From assembly GCA_046484245.1 (NCBI GenBank), contig JAWOBN010000081.1:320-64319 (forward strand): DNA of 64,000 nt, given 5' to 3'. Position 1 is the stretch's first letter. Every line of letters begins with the position of its first letter. This DNA is from a bacterium (GTDB taxonomy: Bacteria; Hydrothermota; 32-111). The notes beneath the pieces are model-generated. The model searched no databases. It was not told the origin of the DNA and saw only the letters and a program-made list of their open reading frames with translations. Shown here piece by piece: positions 9,985 through 19,194 of the stretch. A program made the position numbers and the translations under genes.

Positions 9985-10657
9985 AATTGCATTAAAGTAC
10001 AATCATATTATTTTTGATCTTGACGGTACTGTGACGGATTCCCAGGAAGGAATCCTGCAGTCACTGAGATATTCATTCATGAGAATGAAAGGCAATATCC
10101 CCTCTGATGAGATACTGCGTTCATATATAGGACTGACACTTGAAGAGATATATATCAGGGAACTGGGCACAGAGGATACATCGGTAATCCGGCAGGCAGT
10201 GGATTTCTACAGGGAGAATTTTGCTGAGGAAGGGCTGTACAGAAACCGGCTCTATCAGGGTATTGACAGTGTTATCAGGGATATTCACGATTCAGGCGCA
10301 CATCTCTATATAGCAAGCATAAAACCGGCACTCTATTCAACAGATATACTGGATAATTTCAAGCTGAAGGACTATTTCCGTTTCATCGTGGGTTCAAATC
10401 TTGACGGCAGCAATTCAACAAAGGAGAAACTCATATCAATTGTTCTGGACAGACATCCTGACATTGAAACACGAAGATGCATAATGTTCGGGGACAGGAA
10501 GAAGGATATTGAAGGAGCAAAGTTCAATGGTATTGCCTCAGCAGGCATTGTTTACGGATATGGGGCATATGAGGAAATTGTCTCGGCTGAACCTGATTAT
10601 ATTGTCAACCGGCCCCGCGGTATCATGGATGTATTGAGAGGAGAGAACAATGGATAA
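9977..10657 (+). CDS. HAD-superfamily phosphatase (phosphoglycolate phosphatase-like)
   Basis: Motif I IIFDLDGT near the N-terminus and a C-terminal motif IV GD..KDI. Confidence 0.8.
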   Translation: MSEIALKYNHIIFDLDGTVTDSQEGILQSLRYSFMRMKGNIPSDEILRSYIGLTLEEIYIRELGTEDTSVIRQAVDFYRENFAEEGLYRNRLYQGIDSVIRDIHDSGAHLYIASIKPALYSTDILDNFKLKDYFRFIVGSNLDGSNSTKEKLISIVLDRHPDIETRRCIMFGDRKKDIEGAKFNGIASAGIVYGYGAYEEIVSAEPDYIVNRPRGIMDVLRGENNG

Positions 10658-11378
10658 TATACTCAGACTGAAGGATGTCTCATTCAGTATTGAGGGCAAC
10701 TGCATACTGAGCGGCTTCACTCTTGAAATTAAGGCAGACACTGTACACTCCATACTCGGCACAAACGGCACAGGGAAATCAACACTCGGTTATATTATCA
10801 TGGGACTGGATAAATACCGTGATATTGACGGTGATATATACTACAGGAATAACAGGATCAATGACTGGAATATTGTCAAAAGAGCAAGAAAAGGAATTAC
10901 ACTGGGCTGGCAGACGCCTGCTGTTTTTGAAGGCCTTACAGTTGAGAAATTCCTCAAAATCAATACAAAATCCGGCAGAGAAATCAAATCAGTGCTTGAG
11001 AGGGTCGGATTGAATCCGGATGAGTATATGCTGCGGAAAATGGACTCCGGACTGAGCGGCGGTGAGAGGAAACGCATTGAACTGGCTTCTGTTATACTTA
11101 TGAAGCCCGGTCTTGTTATACTGGATGAGCCGGACAGCGGTATTGATATTGTCTCTATTGAAATGATCAGTGATATTATTGAGGACATGAAGAAAAACGG
11201 CATCACAGTAGTAGTGATAACCCACAGGGAAGAGATGTCAAGAATTGCCGATTATGCCACTTTGATATGTAATGGCACAAATCTCAAAACAGGGCGGCCC
11301 CGCGATGTTGCTGATTATTTTGCGGATAACTGCAGGACATGCGGGCATAAGAATCAGCCTGATGCAGGAGAGTTTTGA
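10650..11378 (+). CDS. sufC: Fe-S cluster assembly ATPase SufC with a Cys-containing C-terminal extension
   Basis: Walker A GTNGTGKSTL, signature LSGGERKR, and SufC-type EPDSGIDI and ITH motifs. A tail of about 35 aa carries CRTCGH. Confidence 0.8.
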   Translation: MDNILRLKDVSFSIEGNCILSGFTLEIKADTVHSILGTNGTGKSTLGYIIMGLDKYRDIDGDIYYRNNRINDWNIVKRARKGITLGWQTPAVFEGLTVEKFLKINTKSGREIKSVLERVGLNPDEYMLRKMDSGLSGGERKRIELASVILMKPGLVILDEPDSGIDIVSIEMISDIIEDMKKNGITVVVITHREEMSRIADYATLICNGTNLKTGRPRDVADYFADNCRTCGHKNQPDAGEF

Positions 11379-12328
11379 CAATGGACAGGAAGAAAGAATT
11401 TGAAATGATAGTCAATGCCTATGAGAAGAGCGGGGGAAAGAAGGAGAATCTCCTTGACGAGAGATTCGGGTCACTTGTCATCAATGGCACTGATGTGCTG
11501 CAGTCCAATGTTCCTGATGGTGTTTCCCTTGAGATACTTGATAGAACAGAGGAGATGATTGAAGTAAAGCTCATTGTAGAAGAGAATGTCAAGATGGAGT
11601 TCCCCGTGCATATGTGTTTCGGGATGGCAGGCAGGTCCGGCAAGCAGCAGATTGTCAGCCATTATGATATACGGAAGAATGCGGAGATATCAGTGCTCAC
11701 ACACTGTGCTTTCCCGGGCAGTGAGGATGTCATTCACATAATGAACAGCAGTGTTGTTCTTCAAAGCGGAAGCAGGCTTGAATACACTGAACAGCATTAT
11801 CATTCGGATGAGGGCAGTATAAGAGTAGAACCCCGGTCAGAGATCACTGTGGGCAGGCACGCACATTATTCGTCTGATTTTATATTGAAAAACGGCAGGG
11901 TCGGGAAGCTGAATATTGACTATCATCTCACACTTGATGATCATGCGTCTGCAATACTGCAGTCAAGGATATTCGGTAAAATGGATGATGATATTTATCT
12001 CAATGAGAGTGTGGAGCTTGAGGGCAGATATTCAAATGCAGTAATAAAGAGCCGTATTGTGGCTACGGACAATACAAGGTCTGTTTTTAAAGGCAGAACT
12101 TCAGGTCTGGGTGATTATTCAAAGGGTCATATTGACTGTACAGAGATTATTGAGGGGAACGGGCATGCAGAGGCGATCCCCATTGTATCTGTAAGCAATG
12201 AGACAGCAAGGGTGACCCATGAGGCAGCCATAGGGTCTGTTGACAAGAAACAGCTTGAAACACTCATGGCAAGAGGTATTGATAAGGAGGATGCTGTTGA
12301 CATTATTGTCAGCGGTATGCTTGATTAG
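11375..12328 (+). CDS. sufD: SufB/SufD-family Fe-S assembly protein (short, 317 aa)
   Basis: The C-terminus ARVTHEAAIGSVDKKQLETLMARGIDKEDAVDIIVSGML matches the conserved SufBD C-terminal helix. The gene is coupled to sufC by a 4-nt overlap. Confidence 0.65.
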   Translation: MTMDRKKEFEMIVNAYEKSGGKKENLLDERFGSLVINGTDVLQSNVPDGVSLEILDRTEEMIEVKLIVEENVKMEFPVHMCFGMAGRSGKQQIVSHYDIRKNAEISVLTHCAFPGSEDVIHIMNSSVVLQSGSRLEYTEQHYHSDEGSIRVEPRSEITVGRHAHYSSDFILKNGRVGKLNIDYHLTLDDHASAILQSRIFGKMDDDIYLNESVELEGRYSNAVIKSRIVATDNTRSVFKGRTSGLGDYSKGHIDCTEIIEGNGHAEAIPIVSVSNETARVTHEAAIGSVDKKQLETLMARGIDKEDAVDIIVSGMLD

Positions 12329-12467
12329 CCTGAATATGCATGCACCCCTGTCTCTGACTGATTGAATCATAATCACTCTACAGACAGAACATATGCAATA
12401 CACCGGCTGATGCAGAATCGGGATGCAAACCCATTCTCAAATGAGCTGTCAAGTTTCCATATTACAG

Positions 12468-12496
12468 TTGATTTGGCAGGTAATATATGATATATT
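12468..12496 (+). promoter_or_regulatory. Candidate promoter for the chemosensory operon (TTGATT, 17 nt spacer, TATATT)
   Basis: The hexamers and spacing were read directly. An AAAAAGGA Shine-Dalgarno sequence then precedes the ATG at 12518. Confidence 0.4.
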
Positions 12497-12517
12497 ATAA
12501 TATCAAAAAGGATATTT

Positions 12518-15500
12518 ATGGGTATATTGCAATGGTCAAAAAGTAAAAAACAGGCAGAGGAATCTTCCCGGGAAATTGACACTACTGCCCTTGTTTATGC
12601 TTTAAAGACATCCAAGATTGAGAAGGATGAATTAATAGGCATTAACAATCAGGCATTGTCAATACTCAATGCCATACTCAATAATGAGCGGGTTCTGGCA
12701 TCGGAGATAGAAAGGGTTGAGACAAAGGGTGAGAATCTCTATGCTTCAATACAGGTTGTCCTTGAGGCAGCTGATGTCCTCAATGAATACACAAAAAAGA
12801 CAAATTCAAATATCAATACCGGTCTTGACGAGATCAATACAATTATTGAGAAAATATCCCTCTTTACACAGTCAACTTCAAGAATAATGTCATTTATCAA
12901 ACCCTTTGAGGAATATTCCAAGAAAATAGGGTCTATATCAGATATTATATTCAATATTGCCGAAATGACAGAGAGTGCAGCGCGCAATGCCGGAATAAAG
13001 GCATATCATGCAGGGGAGTACGGCAGGGGATTTGAGGTCATAGCAGACAGGATGCTTCTCCTTGCAAATCAGACATTTGAATTGACAAAGAAGATACCCA
13101 AGGGCATAGATAAAATACAGTCATCAACAGAGAAGATAATTGAAAACATCAGCACAACAGAAGAGTCTGCCAGTAATGTCAGGGAAAGCACGGATAAGCT
13201 GAATCAGAATTTGAAGAATATTGAAATGAATACTACAACAATACTGGAGACATCCTCAAAGATAAAGGAATTTGTCTCACTGCAGAATAAGAATAAAGAT
13301 GAAATTTCCCAGCTCAATGAACAGTCCAATATGCTGATTGAAAAGAGTGTTGCTTCAGGTGAGAGACTCTCAACTGTTGTCAAGACGCAGTCGGATATCA
13401 AGTCAATGCTGAGCAATTTCATGGAACAGGTGGATAATCTCGTTGAACTGATGAATTCTGCTGACGGCAATTATGTCAATGCTCTCATATCCAATGAAAT
13501 AAAACTCTTCTCAAAGATAGAGAATCAGCTGATAAACAGCAGGCATATATCCGACCAGCTTATAAATATCATTGATGATTTCATTATTTTCAATGATGAT
13601 CAGCTGGAATTCATCAAGAGCTATAAATCAAGCATCAATTCACTTGAGGATAATGAGAGGATGATAGAGGAGCATATTGAGGACATGGAGGATTCCCTCA
13701 GCCTTCTGATGCATGCTGCAGGGGATTTCAATAATAATATACTCAAGACAAAAGAGAATATCAGTGATGTGCGCAGTCATATTTCCGAACTGACCTCCAT
13801 ATTCAGGGAGGTTTCAAACAATCTCCGTTTTATCAAGAATACAAGCAATGAACTCAAGGAACTTTCAGACCAGACAAGGCTGCTCTCACTCTATGCATCA
13901 ATTGAAGCAGCACGTGCAGGCAAGTATCAGAAGAGCCTCTCTGTCATTGTCACACAGTCAAAGGAGCTGATATCCAAGGCATCGCAGGCATCAAGTGACA
14001 TCAATGAGATAGTCGGTGATATGCAGACAGTGATAGGCAATATTGACAGTATTATTGACAGTGAGATGGAGACATCGTCCGATATAGAGACCTCAATTAT
14101 CAAAAGCGAGGACCTCAGTCAGAACATCACCGAGACATCAACAAATATCAAGCAGCTTATCGCCGATATATTCAGCACACTGGAGAGCCAGTCACAGGGG
14201 AGAAAGGGAATATTAAATATCTATGAGAATATTTCATTGGAAACAGACAAGATAAACAACAGGGTCAATGAGCTCTATTCTCTCCTCAAAAAGGATTTGA
14301 CCAAGAATGAGGAGAATATTGAGATGATACAGGGCATCAAGGAGAATATAGGTGCCAAATTCACTATTGAGGAGAATCACGAAAAGAATATATTCAGAAT
14401 GATACTCAAGGACCCTCCCAAACACTGGATGCCAGCGCTTGTAGGTGATGCAATGAGTAATTATGTGCTCCAGCTGATACACAATGGTCTTGTCAAATTC
14501 GGCAGGGACACGAATGTGATACCGGGTGTTGCCAAATACTGGTCTATTAATGAGGATGCTACTGAATGGATCTTTCATCTCAGGACAAATGTCTACTTCC
14601 ATGACGGCACCAAGGTCACAGCTGATGATGTCAAAGCAAGTTTCTACAAGGCTATGAAGAGTCCCACATCATCATTTATCAATATGATAAAAGGTGCGGG
14701 TGATTATATCAATAAGAAGAATCATTTCATTGAAGGTATTCAGGTCATTGATGACTACAAGATAAAATTTATACTGGATTATCCTTATGTGCCTTTTATT
14801 TCCAATCTTGCAGTGACCCCCCTCTCCATTATCAAGAAAGCAATGGTCAATTACACGGATGAGCAGATGATGAAACAGCCTGTAGGGTGCGGGCCATTTA
14901 AAATGCACAGCTACAGTAACAGTATGCTCATTCTGCATGCAAATGATGAGTATTATGACGGCGCGCCTTTTATTGATACTGTCAGCATAAAGTTCAATGA
15001 TGAGCAGGATACATTGAAGATGCTTCTGGATAACCGCATTGACTTCACTGAACTCTCATCAAAGGAGCATCACAAACTCAAAGAGGATTCAGATAATAAT
15101 GTGAAGGTCAGATCAACACCTTCCCTTGACCTTCAGTATATAGGCTTCAATATGTCGGCAAATAATATTCTCAGTCAGAACAGGGAAGTGCGTCAGGCAA
15201 TTTCATATGCAACAGACAAGAACAGGTATATTGCAGAGACAATGGGCGGTGATGCGATTGCAGCAAGGGGGGTTTTCCCGCCTGCTCTGCCGTGTTTCAA
15301 CAAGACACTGGAGGGCTATCCCTACAATATAAACAAAGCAAGGGAATTGATGGAAAAAGCCGGATATCCCAGGGGTATAGACAGGACATTCACCATCACA
15401 TGCTCAAAAACAGAATCAATAATCAAGAGAGCGAAACTGCTGAAAAAGATGTGGGCTGAGATCGGCATAAAGATCAAGATAGAAACAATGGAATGGGCTA

Positions 15501-15877
15501 ATCTGCTTGATAAGATGCATGAAGGCAAGACGGAGATATTCATGATGGGCTGGGCTGCTGACACCGGTGAACCGGACAATTTCCTCTATCCGCTCTTTCA
15601 CAGTGATTCTCACGGTGAAGGCGGCAATGACTGTTTCTATTCAGTTGACAGAATAGACAGATTGATTGAAAAATCCAGGCAGATAACAGCACCTGAAAAG
15701 AGAAATAAACTCTATAAGGAGATAGAATCCGAGATAGTGAGTGATGCGCCGATGATATTCATGTCCCATAATTACTCAAGAATAGCGACAAGGAAAGAGA
15801 TATACGGCTACTATGTACATCCCCTGCACACATATCCCATAGATGTCACATGGAAGAACTGGAGAGAGGATGAATAA
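12518..15877 (+). CDS. Cytoplasmic chemoreceptor-like protein with two MCP signalling-tip motifs fused to a C-terminal family-5 solute-binding (OppA/DppA-like) domain
   Basis: No TM helix or signal peptide. Residues around aa 150-185 (AARNAGIKAYHAGEYGRGFEVIADRMLLLANQT) and aa 455-490 (IEAARAGKYQKSLSVIVTQSKELISKAS) match the MCP hairpin-tip consensus. The C-terminal region of about 500 aa has an SBP_bac_5-like sequence. Confidence 0.6.
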   Translation: MGILQWSKSKKQAEESSREIDTTALVYALKTSKIEKDELIGINNQALSILNAILNNERVLASEIERVETKGENLYASIQVVLEAADVLNEYTKKTNSNINTGLDEINTIIEKISLFTQSTSRIMSFIKPFEEYSKKIGSISDIIFNIAEMTESAARNAGIKAYHAGEYGRGFEVIADRMLLLANQTFELTKKIPKGIDKIQSSTEKIIENISTTEESASNVRESTDKLNQNLKNIEMNTTTILETSSKIKEFVSLQNKNKDEISQLNEQSNMLIEKSVASGERLSTVVKTQSDIKSMLSNFMEQVDNLVELMNSADGNYVNALISNEIKLFSKIENQLINSRHISDQLINIIDDFIIFNDDQLEFIKSYKSSINSLEDNERMIEEHIEDMEDSLSLLMHAAGDFNNNILKTKENISDVRSHISELTSIFREVSNNLRFIKNTSNELKELSDQTRLLSLYASIEAARAGKYQKSLSVIVTQSKELISKASQASSDINEIVGDMQTVIGNIDSIIDSEMETSSDIETSIIKSEDLSQNITETSTNIKQLIADIFSTLESQSQGRKGILNIYENISLETDKINNRVNELYSLLKKDLTKNEENIEMIQGIKENIGAKFTIEENHEKNIFRMILKDPPKHWMPALVGDAMSNYVLQLIHNGLVKFGRDTNVIPGVAKYWSINEDATEWIFHLRTNVYFHDGTKVTADDVKASFYKAMKSPTSSFINMIKGAGDYINKKNHFIEGIQVIDDYKIKFILDYPYVPFISNLAVTPLSIIKKAMVNYTDEQMMKQPVGCGPFKMHSYSNSMLILHANDEYYDGAPFIDTVSIKFNDEQDTLKMLLDNRIDFTELSSKEHHKLKEDSDNNVKVRSTPSLDLQYIGFNMSANNILSQNREVRQAISYATDKNRYIAETMGGDAIAARGVFPPALPCFNKTLEGYPYNINKARELMEKAGYPRGIDRTFTITCSKTESIIKRAKLLKKMWAEIGIKIKIETMEWANLLDKMHEGKTEIFMMGWAADTGEPDNFLYPLFHSDSHGEGGNDCFYSVDRIDRLIEKSRQITAPEKRNKLYKEIESEIVSDAPMIFMSHNYSRIATRKEIYGYYVHPLHTYPIDVTWKNWREDE

Positions 15878-16271
15878 GAAACAGATTATTGCATTTAATC
15901 TGGAGAACAAGCAGTACGGTATTGAAATAGGCAATGTTATTGATGTGTATGAAAAAATGGATGCTGTGCGAGTTCCGGGTTCAGAGGACTATATAGAGGG
16001 CATAATCAATCTGAGAGGCGATGTAGTCACATTGATTGATCTCAAGACAAGATTGCGCATTGACCGCAGTATGGAAGATCAGAATGTTATTATATGTGAA
16101 GTGAATAAAGAAAAATTCGGCTTGACTGTTGACAGCCTGGAGGGGATACTGGATTATGACAGCAGTGAGTCGGAAGACAAGATTGACAGCGGTTTTGTCA
16201 AGGGATTTATGGAAAATAAAGATAATGAAATAATGATACTGGATCTGAATAAAATAATAACCAAAACTTAG
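15870..16271 (+). CDS. cheW: Chemotaxis coupling protein CheW
   Basis: CheW-like domain of about 133 aa. GGAG Shine-Dalgarno sequence before the ATG at 15870. The gene overlaps the upstream ORF by 8 nt. Confidence 0.8.
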   Translation: MNKKQIIAFNLENKQYGIEIGNVIDVYEKMDAVRVPGSEDYIEGIINLRGDVVTLIDLKTRLRIDRSMEDQNVIICEVNKEKFGLTVDSLEGILDYDSSESEDKIDSGFVKGFMENKDNEIMILDLNKIITKT

Positions 16272-16281
16272 GAGGAACTGA

Positions 16282-16650
16282 ATGGCTACCACCGTACTAA
16301 TTACGGATGACGCAATCTTCATGAGAAGGATGATTGCTGATATCCTCAAGAAGGAAGGATTTGAAATAGTGGGCGAAGCCGGGACAGGTGCGCAGGCAGT
16401 GGAAAAATACAGGGAGCTGCAGCCCGATCTGGTTACAATGGATATCATAATGCCTGATATGTCCGGCATAGATGCTGTTAAGGAAATTGTCAAGGAATTT
16501 CCCAATGCAAAGATTCTCATGGTGAGTGCAATGGGGCAGCAGTCCCTTGTTGTTGAGGCAATACAGGCAGGTGCAAAGGATTTTGTTGTCAAACCATTCC
16601 AGCCGTCAAGGGTTCTGGAAAGTGTAAAGAGAATCTTAAGTACTGATTGA
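16282..16650 (+). CDS. cheY: CheY-like single-domain response regulator
   Basis: Receiver domain with the acidic pair DD, the phospho-acceptor D in TMDIIMPDMSG, and the conserved T/S and K (KPF). Confidence 0.85.
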   Translation: MATTVLITDDAIFMRRMIADILKKEGFEIVGEAGTGAQAVEKYRELQPDLVTMDIIMPDMSGIDAVKEIVKEFPNAKILMVSAMGQQSLVVEAIQAGAKDFVVKPFQPSRVLESVKRILSTD

Positions 16651-18572
16651 GTATGGAAACATCCAAATATCAGCAGTTGTTTATCAGTGAATCCGAGGAT
16701 TATATACAGACAATATCAAGCAATATACTGATTCTTGAGAAGAATCCCTCTGACAGTGATGCAATAAAGAATATATTCCGCGGACTCCACACATTGAAGG
16801 GCATGGCTGCTTCAATGGGTTATTCCGATATTGCACAGCTGTCTCATATGATGGAGGATATCATTGATATGATAAGGAGCGGACAGCTGGAATTGTACAG
16901 GGAACTGATAGATGTGCTGCTAAAGGGTAATGATTATATCAATTCACTGGTGCATAATGAGGATATTGACAAGGATATAATAGGCAGCTTCAAATCTGTG
17001 CTCACATCAATAAAAAAAGGCAAGTCGGCAGTAGAGAAGAAGAGCAGTCCCGAGAATACTGTTGAACTGAAGAAAGGGCAGTCAGCTCTGGATGTCTATT
17101 TTGAGGATGATGTGATGCTGAAATCAGCCCGTGCCTATCTTGTGATAAAATCCCTGCAGGACAGGGGTGTTTTCATAAGGACAGTGCCGGAGTATGAAGA
17201 AATCATGGAGGATGATTTCGGGGATAAATTCACAGTAGTTTTGAAAGGAGAGTCAATAGACAGGGATATAATAAAATCCCTGGAGGCAATACCGGAAATC
17301 AGCAGAGTGAGTGAATTTGAAAATGAATCTCAGGATACCCCAAAGCCCGTTCTCCCCGAAACACGCCAGTTCGCTCCGGAAACAGCTGAGATCAAGAATG
17401 ACATCAAGGTCTCTCTTGACAGACTGGATACACTGCAGAACTATGCGTCCGAGCTTGTTATTGCAAGAGGCCGTCTGCAGCAGCTTGCCTACAGTATACA
17501 CAATCCGGAATTGATAAATGCACTGAGCAATACATCAAAGATCATCACCAATATACAAGACGAGGTAATGAAGATAAGAATGGTCCCTGTATGGCAGGTC
17601 TTTGACAGATATCCGAGATATATTAGAGATCTTGCCCGTGAACTGGGGAAGGAAGTGGATTTCAGGATAAAGGGCAGGGATATTGAACTGGACAGGTCTC
17701 TGCTGAATGCACTGGCAGACCCCCTCCTTCATCTTCTCAAGAATTCCATTGATCATGGTATTGAGAAACCGGAAGTGAGGAAGAAAAACGGCAAACCTCA
17801 GCAGGGAAGACTGCTCCTTGAGGCAAGGAGACTGAAGAATGCCATTATCATCACTGTATCTGATGACGGCAGGGGGCTGAATCAGGAGACGATCCTTGCC
17901 AAAGCTATAGATAAAGGCATTGTCAACGAGGAACAGGCGGAAAAACTGACACCGCAGGAGATATTCAATTTTATCACATACAGCGGTTTTTCAACAAAGG
18001 ATGAAACAACTGATATATCAGGCAGGGGAGTGGGTGTTGATGCTGTAAAGAATGTTCTGAAGAGAATAGGCGGTTCATTTGAAATAGATTCAAGAGAAGA
18101 CAAAGGCACTGTATTCTCAATGAAGGTGCCGCTGACACTGGCAATAATAAAGTCATTGATTGTCAGGGTTGAGGATGAAAGGTATATTGTGCCTCTGACC
18201 CATGTTACGGAAACAATAGATATTGTTGCCGGCAGAATACAGTCAATAATGGGCAGAGAGGTCTTTGTTCTGAGAGAGACCGTAATACCCATTATACGCC
18301 TGTCGGAGACATTCAATATTGAGATTGATGAAGATAAAGATAAGAATGAAAATGAAGATAAGAAGATATCACTGGTTATTGTCCACATGGACGACAGTGA
18401 GTTTGCAATGCTCATAGAGGAATTCGTAGAGCAGACGGAGATAGTCGTGAAACCTTTAAAAGGATTGCTTTCAGGAATAAAGGGGCTGGCAGGTGTGACA
18501 ATACTCAATGACGGTATCCCGGCATTTATCATTGATGTCCCCAGTATTTTTGAATTGGCAAAAGCGAGGTAA
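16647..18572 (+). CDS. cheA: Chemotaxis histidine kinase CheA
   Basis: Hpt motif LHTLKGMAASMG, a dimerisation region, an HATPase_c domain (DDGRGLN ... GRGVGVD) and a C-terminal CheW-like domain. Confidence 0.9.
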   Translation: MSMETSKYQQLFISESEDYIQTISSNILILEKNPSDSDAIKNIFRGLHTLKGMAASMGYSDIAQLSHMMEDIIDMIRSGQLELYRELIDVLLKGNDYINSLVHNEDIDKDIIGSFKSVLTSIKKGKSAVEKKSSPENTVELKKGQSALDVYFEDDVMLKSARAYLVIKSLQDRGVFIRTVPEYEEIMEDDFGDKFTVVLKGESIDRDIIKSLEAIPEISRVSEFENESQDTPKPVLPETRQFAPETAEIKNDIKVSLDRLDTLQNYASELVIARGRLQQLAYSIHNPELINALSNTSKIITNIQDEVMKIRMVPVWQVFDRYPRYIRDLARELGKEVDFRIKGRDIELDRSLLNALADPLLHLLKNSIDHGIEKPEVRKKNGKPQQGRLLLEARRLKNAIIITVSDDGRGLNQETILAKAIDKGIVNEEQAEKLTPQEIFNFITYSGFSTKDETTDISGRGVGVDAVKNVLKRIGGSFEIDSREDKGTVFSMKVPLTLAIIKSLIVRVEDERYIVPLTHVTETIDIVAGRIQSIMGREVFVLRETVIPIIRLSETFNIEIDEDKDKNENEDKKISLVIVHMDDSEFAMLIEEFVEQTEIVVKPLKGLLSGIKGLAGVTILNDGIPAFIIDVPSIFELAKAR

Positions 18573-18574
18573 GT

Positions 18575-19189
18575 ATGGATTTGAAGGAATTAAAAGATTT
18601 TCAATTGGACGGAATCAAGGAAATTTCCAATATAGGCGGCGGTCATGCAGCAACAGTGCTCTCGCAGCTCATAAACCGGAAGGTCATGGTTACTGTCCCC
18701 AAGGTTCACCTCGTGTCATCAGAAGACATACCCCGTATGATAGACAGTAATGATGACATAGTAACAGGTGTGCTTTTAAAGTTTCTCGGTGATCTTACAG
18801 GCAGAACACTGCTTGTATTTCCCCGCGATCAGTCCATGCTTCTGGTTGATATGATAATGGGCAGAGAAGAGGGCTCCACAACAATACTCACTGATATAGA
18901 ACAATCTGCAATCAAAGAGGTTGCCAATATTGTTATAGGTTCATATCTCACATCACTCAGTGATTTTCTCAATATGCTGATACTGCCTTCAGTACCCAAT
19001 CTTGTTATTGATGTTGCATCAGCTGTACTGACAAGCGCCTATCTGGATTTCTCCAAGGATAAGGATATTGTCTTTGCAGTGGAAACAGAATTTGTATTTC
19101 CCGATGATCAGGAGACACTCAACGGATACTTATTCCTTCTTCCTGATCCTGTATCATTAAAGAAACTCATAGATTTTCTCAATGGATAG
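18575..19189 (+). CDS. cheC: CheC/CheX-family chemotaxis phosphatase
   Basis: EISNIGGGHAATVLSQL matches the CheC consensus E.GN.g.GnAATALS. Confidence 0.7.
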   Translation: MDLKELKDFQLDGIKEISNIGGGHAATVLSQLINRKVMVTVPKVHLVSSEDIPRMIDSNDDIVTGVLLKFLGDLTGRTLLVFPRDQSMLLVDMIMGREEGSTTILTDIEQSAIKEVANIVIGSYLTSLSDFLNMLILPSVPNLVIDVASAVLTSAYLDFSKDKDIVFAVETEFVFPDDQETLNGYLFLLPDPVSLKKLIDFLNG

Positions 19190-19194
19190 AATAT

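Noticed and set aside
15981-16592. 203-aa minus-strand ORF
   Set aside because: Antisense to cheW and cheY, both of which have strong domain signatures.
17882-18532. 216-aa minus-strand ORF
   Set aside because: Antisense to cheA. Ser/Ile-rich shadow frame.
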